From contig NIVC01002359.1 in the NCBI GenBank assembly GCA_002269645.1, positions 117,001 through 181,000 on the forward strand: a stretch of 64,000 nt of DNA. Direction: 5' to 3'. Shown one piece after another: positions 33,757 to 47,239 of the stretch (positions are counted from its first letter, which is position 1; every line of letters starts with the position of its first letter). A model generated the notes under the pieces. It was given only the letters and a program-made list of their open reading frames with translations, had not been told where the DNA came from and made no database searches. The position numbers and the translations under genes are program-made. Origin of the DNA: Macrostomum lignano. Its lineage: Eukaryota.

Positions 33757-35239
33757 TAATAAAACAATCAAAGAGCAGAGCACCCCCCCCCCCCCCTAAG
33801 CCACAGCAAAGCAAATCTATGGGAAGTCCTTTCGATACTGCAGCGCAGCATGTGGGGAAAATTTTGGATCGCATTCCCCCTAATAAATCAAGTTCCTAAG
33901 GGGTGGGGGTTTATGGGGGACCATGGCAATGGCAATAATAATTTTTCCTAACTGATTTACGATTCATTCAAAGCAATCTATATATAAAAAGCCTAGTGGC
34001 GGTGGTGGGCCCATGAGGGAGGGGGTGCGGCGGTCCCCGTTTGCGAGTCAAAGCTAACAGTTGTCATAAATCATAAACCTCGCGGCTTGGGCATTGAAGC
34101 AGAAATTAGCTCTGTTTATTATATACAATAAATATACATAGTTCTACAGTTGCGGTTTGTTCAACAGTCCTAAGGCCGGGGGCTATTTGTCAAGACTACA
34201 GCAATTAGCCACCCCTTCTGTCTGTTTGCTTGCGAGAGGGGTTCTGTTCAAGACTTGATAGTTGCAACTGTCAACTATTACAGAAATTGGATTAAAATAG
34301 ATAAACAGAGGCTCGCTTTCGTGGTTGCTGTCCTGTCTTCTCTTTCCCTCTATCTATTTGCAACTCTGTTTGATCATTGCCGCCGCAGTGTTCGCTGGTC
34401 TGTGGGCAAGAGTTGAAATTTAACCAAAAAAATTCTTCACAATAATAACGCTGCTTCTAATCAGCTTTAACGGTTGGGGCTTCGCGCTGTCTGTCTGTCA
34501 CAAATGTGAATATCAATGTGTTTTATCTCCATATGTGTGTTGTCTCTCGGCCTCTGTGAACTTGTGGCGGCTAAACCGCCGCGGCCTGTCACTGTCACCC
34601 CCCCCCCCTGTGCTGGAGATGACAGGCTGACAGGGCAGAGATACCGAGAGCCGCTTTCAAAGCAGTTTTGACAGGCGGTTTATCAAAAGCCCGACACACC
34701 AAAGCCGCACATCAGCTGGAGGCCGCCTTGAAAGCTATAGTAGTCAACTAAGCAGAATTCTCAGCCGTTCTGTCAGAGAGCTGACAGATAGGATCAGCCC
34801 CCCCCCCCTAAAGAGATTTCTTCCAGGGTTTGATTTCGGTGCAACGCTTGACAGTATAGTTTAGCCGCGCATTTTGCATTTTGCTTGTTGTGACAGCCAG
34901 CAATATTAGCTACCTCTTATTCTCTTAAAGATACCATGTTTTTCCTGCTTTTCCTATGCATAAGTCATACTGAATAGCGCAATAAAAACCTACTTACGAG
35001 TAGGCAAATAAAAATGATATATGATCCTAATGCTTACTAACAACTTGTTTACTAAGAATTGGGGTAAATAAGATTTTTATGCCTCCAAATCTGTGGGGTA
35101 GGAGAACTTGGGAAGCCGGGTGAGTCACTGAAGATTTTTATACAGTTTACACTCGTAAATCCCCTAAACTTGCTTTGAGGCTACCAGGCTCAGTCCCGTC
35201 TCTGAAGGTTAACTGCTAAATTCGGTGGGCCTGAATTGC

Positions 35240-35870
35240 CCCCATTCCCCTGAATTGACCCCCATTCCCCTGAATTGACCCCCATTCCCCTGAATTGACC
35301 CCCATTACCCTAAATTGACCCCCATTTCCCTAAATTGACCCCCCATTCCGCTAAATAGGCTCCCATTCTCCTAAACTGACCCCCATTCCGCTAAATAGGC
35401 TCCCATTCCCCTAAACTGACCCACCATTCCGCTAAATAGGCTCCCATTCCCCTAAACTGACCCACCATTCCGCTAAATAGGCTCCCATTCCCCTAAACTG
35501 ACCCACCATTCCGCTAAATAGGCTCCCATTCCCCTAAACTGACCCCCCATTCCGCTAAATAGGCTCCCATTCCCCTAAACTGTCCCACCATTCCGCTAAA
35601 TAGGCTCCCATTCCCCTAAACTGACCCCCCATTCCGCTAAATAGGCTCCCATTCCCCTAAACTGACCCACCATTCCGCTAAATAGGCTCCCATTCCCCTA
35701 AACTGACCCCCCATTCCGCTAAATAGGCTCCCATTCCCCTAAACTGACCCCCATTCCGCTAAATAGGCTCCCATTCCCCTGAACTGACCCCCATTCCCCT
35801 GAACTGACCCCCATTCCCCTGAACTGACCCCCATTCCACTGAATTGACCCCCATTCCCCTGAGTTAACCC
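35240..35870. repeat. C-rich minisatellite with 20-bp and ~40-bp units (CCCATTCCGCTAAATAGGCTCCCATTCCCCTAAACTGAC)
   Basis: Direct tandem copies. Confidence 0.93.
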
Positions 35871-37807
35871 TTCCCCGAATCCCATGAGTTGCCCCCCAGC
35901 ATCGACATGGGCCCGATCCCAGCATCACAACCCCAACCTCATACATATTTTACATCATGATCCCAACATTTCTGAACTGCTTCAATCCCGGATGCAAACG
36001 AATCGAGCCCCTGTCCGCCTAAGCTTTGTCCTCCCCCCTCCCAGCTCCATCCATTAAATAATCGGACCATCTTTACAAGGCAGGCCGGATATCCCCCCCA
36101 TCTTGTCTTGTCAAGCGGGAGACAGCACTGGACTCTCCCATCCTCCGATGTAGTGCGGTCCCCTGAACCGCCCTGGGCGGGTCATAAGCCGACTTTATAG
36201 CCTCAGACTGGCAGAACTAGAATATTATTGCCTCCCCACTAAGCCAAAGCGCCCCCTCCCAGCACCAACATAAGTTTGCGGCTCAAAATGTTTATACGAT
36301 CCCCCGCTGACGGGACCGGCCATCGCGAAAATCCTCGAGTCCAATCGTTCTTCCCCTCCCCCCTCCCCCTTCCGCCCGTGTATTATTAGCTATGTATACA
36401 CGTTGCTGTGCGATAATATAACTTGAGTTATATATTATTATTATTGGCATGCAAATGCTCGCTTTAGTGGGCTCGTGTTTATTGCCCCCCCCTCCCAACC
36501 CCCGCGAATGCACCAGCGGGAGTCATAAATTGCATTTATGCTCCAAGCTATAAGCCAGCCAGCAGCGCGGCTTCTTTGAAGCAGTCAATAATGCATGCGT
36601 ATGCATACTTGGGAGATGAAGGCTTGCAGTGCAGCTGAATGTAACACTGAGAGATTAGAATGGCAGTCGGTGATAATGTTGTTCTAAATTGCATGGCTTA
36701 TTCGAGTGTAAACTTACGAACTAAAAACGAAAGGATCCAGAAGGTAACTATAGAGACTTGTCTATGGTTATTTATCTAGAGACTTGTCTATGGGTATTAT
36801 AGACTTGTCTATGGATATTCTAGAGACTTGTCTATGGTTATCTAGAGACTTGTCTATGGTTATTTATCTAGAGAATTACCTAGAATACCTAGAATTCACA
36901 GTTTGAATTTACACAATTTGATACACTACAGTATACAAGCAAGTAAAAGTACAATTCAATAAAATAATTTCAGGAATCGGCGGTGCAGCCCCGTCTCGCG
37001 TTCTCGTCGGCTCTTTGAGCCAATAATTCAAAGCGGCCCCGCCTGATGTGTCCGTCTGTCTGTGTGCGTGCGCGGTCCCAGGGCCCGCCTGTCCGCCTGT
37101 CTGTCAGCGGGTCAGCTGTCTGATTGATCGGCGTTGCGTCCTTCGGAGGCGCGGTGCCCTCGCAGATGCGGAATGATGAATTGAGCGTTACTGACTGGCT
37201 ATCCCCACCCACAACAACTGCACAGACGGCGCTGCGGCTCATCTAATGGTAGCCGCCAGCCCACCCGCCAATCCAGCTTTTCTTTGTATTTCTTGGCAGT
37301 TTTGCATTTTGCGGCATTTCAAAAAGCAAGCGAACCGCCAGCGCGAAGCAACAGTCCACAGTCAGTTCCTGTGTGCACTGCGCCTGTCTGCGTGTGCCGC
37401 GGTGCCCAAGCCATCCATCACTCACTTCACCCTCCTCTCTCTCTCTCTTTCTCTCTGATATGCCTGCCCGCTTCCGCCACCCTGTCTGTCCGTCTGGTGT
37501 TTGCAGCGTTGAAGCTCCCCCTTGGCTGCTCCTGCCTCCTATCCTATGATGCTATGCTTGGTTGCTGTCGACTCCTGATCACCGGCTTGATTGACCGATC
37601 GCTTGTCATCGGTCGTCCTGCCCGGGCCTCTCTCTCTCTCCCTCTTTTTCCCTCCTGCTCATTACATTTTTGCTGAATAAATGCTTAATTGGAATGGCCT
37701 GCTATTGATAGATGGATAGGCAGCTGGATTGGAGGCTGTGAGACCGTTTCGGAATCAGAATTCTGAGAAGGATCTCACAAAATCCCTGCTCAAAATGGAG
37801 TTTCACG

Positions 37808-38638
37808 AGGGCATTTCTGTGGTGTCAGTTTGGTTGATGGTTTCTCAGATGCTGGGGTGTCAGTTTGGTCGATGGTTTCTCAGATGCTGTGGTGTCAGTT
37901 TGGTTGATGGTTTCTCAGATGCTGTGGTGTCAGTTTGGTTAATGGTTTCTCAGATGCTGTGGTGTCAGTTTGGTCGATGGTTTCTCAGATGCTGTGGTGT
38001 CAGTTTGGTTGATGGTTTCTCAGATGCTGTGGTGTCAGTTTGGTTGATGGCTTCTCAGATGCTGTGGTGTCAGTTTGGTTGATGGTTTCTCAGATTCTGG
38101 GGTGTCAGTTTGGTTGATGGTTTCTCAGATGCTGTGGTGTCAGTTTGGTTGATGGTTTCTCAGGTGCTGTGGTGTCAGTTTGGTTGATGGTTTCTCAGAT
38201 GCTGTGGTGTCAGTTTGGTTGATGGTTTCTCAGATGCTGTGGTGTCAGTTTGGTTGATGGTTTCTCAGATTCTGGGGTGTCAGTTTGGTTGATGGTTTCT
38301 CAGATGCTGTGGTGTCAGTTTGGTTGATGGTTTCTCAGGTGCTGTGGTGTCAGTTTGGTTGATGGCTTCTCAGATGCTGTGGTGTCAGTTTGGTTGATGG
38401 TTTCTCAGATTCTGGGGTGTCAGTTTGGTTGATGGTTTCTCAGATGCTGTGGTGTCAGTTTGGTTGATGGTTTCTCAGGTGCTGTGGTGTCAGTTTGGTT
38501 GATGGCTTCTCAGATGCTGGGGTGTCAGTTTGGTTGATGGTTTCTCAGATGCTGGGGTGTCAGTTTGGTTGATGGTTTCTCAGATGCTGTGGTGTCAGTT
38601 TGGTTGATGGTTTCTCAGATGCTGTGGTGTCAGTTTGG
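37808..38638. repeat. 35-bp minisatellite (GTGTCAGTTTGGTTGATGGTTTCTCAGATGCTGTG)
   Basis: Direct tandem copies. Confidence 0.95.
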
Positions 38639-40356
38639 CCGTTGGGTTCCAAAGCAACCCTGGCGTTATTCCATTCAGATTTAATGCCGGATTACTCAGC
38701 ATTCCATGAAAAAAACAGCTTCTGTCTGACAGCCAGCTACCTCTGCTCTCCGCTTGCGTGAGTGGCAGCGCAGCCGGAATCGCGGATGTCGTGGCGGCTT
38801 CGGGTCGCGCACCTTCTTTTCCTTTCACACCTTTCTCCTTCCCCACCCGGCTTCCTCAACCTGGCCAGCGCATCCGCCTTTTCTCCCATCCGGCCCCAGC
38901 ACCACCAGCGTGGAAACAATGGGGGGCGGCGGCTTGACACCCGCAAAGGCTGCCACGGCACAATGCGTCCAGATAGATTATAGGCGACGGAAAAACTCCC
39001 ATTTTCCTCTATACCGGCACAAGCTACTGCCAAAACCCGCCGACTGCAGCAACCAGCGGGACCTGCCAGGGAGAATGAATGGTTGGGGGAGCGACAAAGA
39101 GAAAGGGTGAACTCTCTTTCTCTCTCTAGCCAGTCAGCCCAGATGCCTTTCGTCGCCTCTCCATCGGTCTCATTTTTGCCGCTGTTCTCTCTAACCAGCC
39201 AAGGCCTGATTGTCCTCCCTCTTTCCTCTTGTCTGTTGATTTTTAGCGAGCGTCCTTCCTCACTCGCATCTCAAACACAGCTGGAATGAGAGGATTAGAT
39301 TAGCTAAGGTGCGGCAGGTAATTCTCCATGGCTCTCCCAGCCGGTCTCTGTATTGTTGAGACGCACAGACACCACACACACAGAATTTTCTGCCTTGAAT
39401 TTCCCTCAGTTCCCGCCTGCCTCTCACCTCCCGCCTTACCGCTCTTGCACCGCCGCTGGCGCTGACTGACAAGGGTGGGGGGCATGGCTTGGAGGCGGAG
39501 AGGCACTGGAGAGAAACGAGAGAAGCAACCCCCCACTCAGCTTTTGATCTTGCCGACAGCTGTCAATCAAGCGCAGCAGGCGGGGTTTGTGTCACGCAGA
39601 GGGGGGGACAATGCAGGCAGGCGCTGTCACTCTCTCTCTACCCCCTTCTAAGCCCTCCTAAGCCCCAAGCGCTGGGGCAGGCAGGGCTTCCAGAAATGCG
39701 TTTATCGCCTCTCGAGAGCCAGGATGATTGGCAGGTCGTCCCCCTCTCTCCTTCACTCAATCCACTCCAGCGGAGGAGCGGCAGAAGACTTAACAGTAGT
39801 TTGCTGTTCTGACGGTATTGACATATGGATGGATTTTGGGGGGGGGGGTTGCGGCGGCGGCGGCGGTTGAATTCGTTTGATGAGGCCCCGATGATGCTGC
39901 TTGCCTGAAGAGAATTAAGACCCCCACCCGTCCAACCCAGCCCCGGGGAGGGTTGGCAGGGTGTTCGCCAAACTGGAGCAAATCTGCCTATTAATGCTCT
40001 TTAATACAGGTAAGGAGACAAGAAGATCTCTGCTTCTGGAACTGTCTGGGGCCTGCACGCACACGCCTCGAACTGGGGGAAGGGCCCATGGTCCAATGCC
40101 AGTTGCCCACTGTAATTGCTAAGCTTACTAAGCCAGGTCTTTTCCCATTGGTCGAGGTGGGCTTCAACTGACACCGCCTCCCCCCCCCCTAGCCCCTGTC
40201 ACGGAGAATTATATTGAAAAGGCTAGGTGGAGAAGGAAGGAGGAGGTTAAGACTAGGATTGACACGGAGATCCCTTTGCTTAAACTATATACTGGACTCT
40301 CGCGAATTCTGCAGTCAGACAGTGCCATCAGGCGAGATTTAATCAATTAATTAGCA

Positions 40357-42172
40357 ATGTCAGCCGCCACAGCGTCTAATGCGAACTCGAGTGCAGCGAC
40401 GAAGAGCAAGTCGAGCTCGGCGGGAAAATGCAGCCAGCAGCGCAGTCAGTACCTACATCCGGACTTCTTGGAGGCCCCCAGTTGCTTGGTGAGTCCAAAT
40501 CCACCTAATTTGGTCTGCCCAAGAATAGCTCGTACAAGAGAAATTGAGACATGGCACTTAGAGGCCCTTATTCCAAAATCAGCTTGGTGGACTTAAGGAA
40601 TCGTGAGCTATAGCCCAAATAGAATGCAGTTTAAACCAAATTAGTTGCTGGTTTTCTGCACGTCTATAGCAATTAGCAAACCAAGTCATGGCAAAAAGGT
40701 ATACTTGGCACAGAAATCAATAATAGCCTTTTAGCTATAGACATATGGGCATTATTAGCGGCCGGGCTGCAGTCGTCAATGAGAGTTGAATCGTTGAATC
40801 GATGTGTCTATGGTCCAACTTGTAGCCAGAGTTAATCGTTGAATCGATGTGTCTATGGTCCAACTTGTAGCCAGAGTTAATCGTTGAATCGATGTGTCTA
40901 TGGTCCAACTTGTAGCCAGAGTTGAATCGTTGAATCGATGTGTCTATGGTCCAACTTGTAGCCAGAGTTGAATCGTTGAATCGATGTGTCTATGGTCCAA
41001 CTTGTAGCCAGAGTTAATCGTTGAATCGATGTGTCTATGGTCCAACTTGTAGCCAGAGTTAATCGTTGAATCGATGTGTCTATGGTCCAACTTGTAGCCA
41101 GAGTTAATCGTTGAATCGATGTGTCTATGGTCCAACTTGTAGCCAGAGTTAATCGTTGAATCGATGTGTCTATGGTCCAACTTGTAGCCAGAGTTGATCG
41201 TTGAATCGATGTGTCTATGGTCCTCGGAGCCAGCCATAGACACAGCGGGGAGACCTAGAGTGGCTGAGGCTGACTAAAGCAGTTAAGACCGGGCCAGGGC
41301 TGACAAACGCAGGCGAGCAATGAGACTGACAGCTCGTGCTGGTTATTCTCGGCCCAAAAGGAGATGAGGGAGAGGAAGGGAGAAGGAGAAAAAAATCCTT
41401 TAAAAAATGTCACTCCTCGTGAGAATGACAGATCCGCCTGTGCCCGTCCGTCAGTCAGTCAGTTTGCCTGTCTGTCTGTCTGTCTGTTTGCAGGAGTTTG
41501 CGAAGACGAAGGTGCGACGCCCCTGCCTGTGGGTAAACACGCAGCGCTTGGGCAAATGTGGAAGGATGAAGGAGAGTCAGGAGGCTGATGTTGGGAACCT
41601 TGGAGATGGAAGTGTGTGCAGGATGGTCTACCCCCACCCCAGACCCGCCAGAGCAATGATTGACACCTTTCCCGTCATACAGTCCCAAGTCCTGGTGACG
41701 GAATTTCGCTAATAGCTGATTAAGCGGCCCAGCCAGGTGTCACAGGGGCTGCCTGCCTGTCCGCCCTGTCTGTCTGTCTGTCTTTCTTTTCCTTTTGCGC
41801 CTGTCCTTCAGCAGAACCGATCGACTCGACATCTCCATGCAGCTATAGCCATCACTCTTCTGCGGGTTTCTGCCGCTCCAATAACACAGCACAAGAGCGT
41901 TGCGTAACTAGACTTTCTAGTTATGGGAGTCTGGGGGCGGATGGACTGTGGATGAAGAATAACAAACCCATCACGGCCCTTCAGTCTTGACTGTGTTGTT
42001 CTAAAAAATTATAAAATTAAAACAGCAAAAAAATGGATTTTCCTAATTCAAAATAATTCAATACGACTCGGTTGCCATGGGCTTTAGCGGACCAAGACTG
42101 CACCACGGAGTCTGGGGGGGGGCATTATTGATTGGCCGGCAATGTCAAAAGACAAGGCATTAATCATACAAG

Positions 42173-42249
<77 letters not shown>

Positions 42250-45200
42250 TCTCCATCTGAAAAGATAGATGATGGCCCGGCCAGCACCAGCATCAGTCAA
42301 TGCGGTCATTTATATTGGCAATTCCTCATTAGCCCAGCCTACTACAGATCCTAAATATTATAGTCAATGAATGAACTCAACTTACTCAACAGGTACAGTA
42401 TAGGGAGGCCTATTCAGCCAGAATGAATATCTGAGCCTTGAGCTGACAGGCCTGCAGGCCCCGCCATCTCCCCCCCTTCGGTCCCTATCAATCAATCGGT
42501 CCCCAGGTCCACAATTCCCCCCCCCCCCCAGTCACTCCCGAGCAGCGATATAAATAATGGGAGCATGATTGAGAAAGCCGTGTCAGTGGGGGGAGGCAAG
42601 CCCAACTTTATGCATGACGTGCATGAGGGGGAGGCAGGGAGGGGGCCCCGACCCCTCCGGCTTTGATTTATCGCTGCCCGCCTCCCCGACTCAAGCCGTC
42701 ATGAGCTCTGATGAATGAGGTCTCCCAGCCTCCGCTTCTGGACTGGACTTTGCGACCTCAGCCTTATTTTAGCGACTAGGGACTTGGGAAATGATCCGCG
42801 TTGAAAGCCTGAAGCGGTTTAGTCTGCCAAGTTAGAAATTGTTCACTTCCCTTGGTAGCTAGCAACACCTGGAACAGGGTCATCTTCTCTGCTCTAGTGG
42901 AACAGGGGTCCTTTGAAACTTCACAATAGCAATGCCAAGTTTTTTGTCTCTTCTCAGCTCTCTTCTCTCCTCTCTCTTCTCTCCTCTCTCCTCTCTTCTC
43001 TCTTCTCTCTCCTATTTCCCGTCTCCTCTCTCCTCTCTCTTCTCTTTTCTCTATTCTCTCTTCTCTCCTCTCTATTCTCTCTTCTCTCCTCTCTATTCTC
43101 TCTTCTCTCCTCTCTATTCTCTCTTCTCTCCTCTCTATTTTCTCTTCTCTCCTCTCTATTCTCTCTTCTCTCCTCTCTATTCTCTCTTCTCTCCTCTCTA
43201 TTCTCTCCTCTCTCCTCTCTTCTCTCTTCTCTCTCCTCTTTCCCGTCTCCTCTCTCCTCTCTCTTCTCTTCTCTCTATTCTCTCTTCTCTCCTCTCTATT
43301 CTCTCTTCTCTCCTCTCTATTCTCTCTTCTCTCCTCTCTCCTCTCTCTTCTCTTTTCTCTATTCTCTCTTCTCTCCTCTCTATTCTCTCTTCTCTCCTCT
43401 CTATTCTCTCTTCTCTCCTCTCTATTCTCTCTTCTCTCCTCTCTATTCTCTCTTCTCTCCTCTCTATTCTCTCTTCTCTCCTCTCTCCTCTCTCTTCTCT
43501 TTTCTCTATTCTCTCTTTTCTCCTCTCTATTCTCTCTTCTCTCCTCTCTATTCTCTTTTCTCTCCTCTCTATTCTCTCTTCTCTCCTCTCTATTCTCTCT
43601 TCTCTCCTCTCTCCTATCTCCGTCTCCTCTCTCCTCTCATCTAATCTCTCCTCTCCCTTTATCTCTCATCCCATCACTCATCTAGTCTTTCCTCTCATCT
43701 CTTCTCTATTCGCTCTCCTTTTCTCTCTGTCATCTGGCCCGCAGCCATGAGCTGGATTCTTTATCCGGCCCTTTGAGGTAAAAAAAAAAATTCCGACCCC
43801 TTGATCTCTACTTTCAATTTGATTTTTCTGCCTTTAACAAAAGCAGCAACTCTTCTGTCTCTTCACATTGTGGAAACGCGGCGCCGTCTGTCCCGCTGCA
43901 AATTTGGGGGGGGGGTTAAAGTGGCGAAAGAGGAAGATTGGTTTCTATTCCTGTGTCCGACTTCTGCAGTGCCTCATCACCACTCTCAGTGTGCTTGAGA
44001 GTACTTGAGAGCAGCGGCCGGGTCCTCGAGAAAAGTGAAATAAATTTCTCTAGCCAAACTCCAGAACTGGGCAGAGCTGAGAACGGCGGGGAAAATGAAA
44101 GAAACAAATTGATTTATTATTATTATTATTACAATACTATTACAGACCGACCCAAAGCAGAGTCCGCTCGCTCTGCTGGTGAAGACCTGCGACAGCATCG
44201 GCTCGGGCTCAGAGCATCACTCGGCTGCAACAACTGGCGCCAGCAGCGGCGCCTCCCGCTCCACCAGCCGTCGCTCCGCTGGAAGCCGGCCGCCGTCGGC
44301 GACCAACGCAGTCGATGCCGGAGCCCCGCCACCGCTGAAGCGGCCCGCCAGTCCCGCCAGCCGCGGCGGCTTCGGGCAGCCTCGCCCGGCTAAGCAGCGC
44401 TCGCCGCAGTCGCCGCCACCGCCGCTGCCGCCACCCCCGCCTCCGCCCCAATCGAATCCGTTGAAGTCAGCTGAGTCGCCGACTTCGGCTTCATCGGCTG
44501 CGGCGATCGCGGCGGCGATGGCGGCTGCCGCAGCTGCAGTTGCCGGAGGCGGCCCGCACCAGCAGCAGCAACAGCAGCATGCCTCTCCGCCGCTCTCCTA
44601 TCCGCCGATGTTCCCGCCTTTCCACCATCATCAGCCGCATCATCAGCAGCATCTGGCCACCTGGGGACTCGGCGCTGTGCCCGAAGGCCACTCGGCCGCC
44701 GTCTGCACCTGTCCGCACTGCGTCCACGCCCGGGCCCTGGTGGACTATCTCTACGCCTCGGCGGCGGCGGCCGCGGCAGCCTCAGCTGCGGCCGAAACCA
44801 GCACCGCGTTAACGACAACCAGCAGCAGCAGCAGCAGCAGCTCCGGCCAGCAGCAGCAGCGCCGCCAGCATTCGTCCCCGGCGCCGCAGACTCCCCAGGC
44901 CGAGTTCTGCATCTTCTGCGGCCGGCACTGCCCGACCCCGAGCAGCTGGTGCGGCACATGCGCTCGCACGAGTCGTCCTCGTTCGCGACGTCGGTTGCGT
45001 CGGCGCCGCCAGCAGCTCCGCAGCTCAGCCCGTTCAGCGGGCCGCCGTCTCCGCCACAGATGCCGACTTTGCCAACTTCGTCGTCGCATCATAACGCGAC
45101 GCTGGCTTACGCGGCCGCTGCCGCCGCCGCCGCAGCAATGCAGCAGCCGCATCAGCAGCACCAGCAGCTGGAGTCGATGCGCAAGTGGGCGGCAGCGGCG

Positions 45201-45299
45201 GCGGCGGCAGCGGCGGGCCCGGATCAGCGCTACCAGCCCTACCGCAGCCTTCTCGGCCGCCTGCAGTTCCCTCATTTCGGGGCGGCGCCCCTGGTCTGA
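40357..45299 (+). CDS. noc/ZNF503: NET-family (NocA/Elbow/TLP-1, ZNF503/ZNF703-like) zinc-finger protein; two exons, with an apparent one-base frameshift in the finger
   Basis: Exon 40357-40488 (...SQYLHPDFLEAPSCL) splices in phase 0 to 44146 (TDPKQSPLALLVKTCDSIG, the Sp motif). Also present: Btd-like CTCPHC, a C2H2 finger CIFCGRHCPTP-EQLVRHMRSH restored by adding one C at 44936-44939, and C-terminal RYQPY. Confidence 0.88.
40785..41222. repeat. 45/46-bp minisatellite in the NET gene intron
   Basis: Unit GTTAATCGTTGAATCGATGTGTCTATGGTCCAACTTGTAGCCAGA. Confidence 0.95.
42176..42246. repeat. (GA)n microsatellite
   Basis: Seen directly. Confidence 0.97.
42902..43802 (+). mobile_element. MITE-like CT-core repeat, copy E, with the core expanded into a 21-bp array
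   Basis: Starts CAGGGGTCCTTTGAAACTTCACAATAGC and ends GGCCCTTTGAGGTAAAA...TTCCGACCCCTTG; core unit CTCTATTCTCTCTTCTCTCCT. No TSD seen. Confidence 0.65.
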
Positions 45300-46049
45300 C
45301 TGGCTCAAGCAGACTGACAGATGAACAATCGCACCTTTCAATTCTCGACTAAACTCTCTCGCTTCCCATTGGCCTCCGCTTCATGAACATCGTGTAATTA
45401 CGCGTATTATTAGCGATATTCGGCCTGCATAGCAACGCTCTGCATACTTATAAGTATCGATTCGTCCCTGTATTCCTTCGCGCTTGGTTCTTGATGTACA
45501 CACAGCAACAGTAGCAGCAGAACTATAGAATGCGCTGTACCTGCTATAAGCTGAGTAAATTATAATAATAGTAACAGATTACTTATTTTGCATTAAGTCG
45601 GTCGATATTTTATATCTATGTATATGTACAGTATGTATGTATATATAATCATATAATCCTCTTCTTCAACCTCAAGAATAATTAGGTTAAATAAAGAGGC
45701 AAGTAAAGCAAAAAGTGCCAATCAACACTGCTAAATTGTTATATTTACAACCCTGCTGTCCTGACTAATGCAGCTTTGTCAGCTCTGTTTCAAATTAAAT
45801 AATTAGGTGATCAAAATAATCCAACTTGTGCTAAAGAATACCACGTTGGCTTGTTCTGTAATAACATTATGCAATATATAAACCTTCATACATTATAAAA
45901 AGTAAATATAAATATTTCATACAGTATGCAACTATCTCAGCGCTGAGATAAAAACTGCTAATGTGATCCATTACGTACCTATTCATCGGTTGCCTTGTTA
46001 TCCGATTGTTTTTTCTCTAAGAAACAGGTAGGGAAAATATGTCAAGAGA

Positions 46050-46690
46050 GTTACAGTTGTAGATAAGAGAGTGACAGTTGCAGATAAGAGAGTGACAGTT
46101 GTAGATAAGAGAGTGACAGTTGTAGATAAGAGAGTGACAGTTGTAGATAAGAGAGTGACAGTTGTAGATAAGAGAGTGACAGTTGCAGATAAGAGAGTGA
46201 CAGTTGCAGATAAGAGAGTGACAGTTGTAGATAAGAGAGTGACAGTTGTAGATAAGAGAGTGAAAATAATAGATAAGAGAGTGACAGTTGCAGATAAGAG
46301 AGTGACAGTTGTAGATAAGAGAGTGACAGTTGTAGATAAGAGAGTGACAATAATAGATAAGAGAGTGACAGTTGTAGATAAGAGAGTGACAGTTGCAGAT
46401 AAGAGAGTGACAGTTGTAGATAAGAGAGTGACAGTTGCAGATAAGAGAGTGACAGTTGCAGATAAGAGAGTGACAGTTGTAGATAAGAGAGTGACAGTTG
46501 TAGATAAGAGAGTGACAGTTGTAGATAAGAGAGTGACAGTTGCAGACAAGAGAGTGACAGTTGTAGATAAGAGAGTGACAGTTGCAGATAAGCGAGTGAC
46601 AGTTTTAGATAAGAGAGTGACAGTTGCAGATAAGAGAGTGACAGTTGTAGATAAGAGAGTGACAGTTGCAGACAAGAGAGTGACAGTTGA
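46050..46690. repeat. 21-bp minisatellite (AGATAAGAGAGTGACAGTTGT)
   Basis: Direct tandem copies. Confidence 0.96.
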
Positions 46691-47239
46691 GCATTATAGA
46701 AATGACAAGCAAGATATTTAAACAATTATAAACACTCGCTCTCTAATCGCTCAAATTCAATCAGATTAAGAGAATCAGATTCTCTTAGATTCTGATTCAG
46801 AATCAGAATCAGATTAACAGTATTTTGTTACCTGTAATTGCATGGTTGCTTAGAAAATATGCAACTTTATTTAGAAAAGAGAGAAAGCAAAAAGCAAAGC
46901 TAAAGTTTAGGCCAGCAGACTTTCCCACGGGTCTGTCGGTTTTGTCGGCAAAGATCAAAAGAAACGCTAAGCTCAGTACGAGTAGGAGTAAACTATATAA
47001 TCCAACCCTTGTTTACCCGTTTCGCTAAGCATTTTATGGAGAATTTGAAAGAAAATTTCGGGAAATGAGCGACTAAGCGGGCACTGCTAGGACTGGCTGA
47101 CAGACAGACAGGCAACCTGACCTGCGGTTAGAACTGTAAACTGAATGCTGATTGACTGACACTGAGAGTCAGGCAGATAGAATATGCAAATTGGGAGTGT
47201 TATAAAAGTAGTGGCAAATAACTTAATGCGATAGGAAGA

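Noticed and set aside
25078-33899. Short ORFs duplicated in both LTRs (for example 25136-25552 and 32991-33377)
   Set aside because: They are incidental frames in GC-rich LTR sequence with no recognisable motifs.
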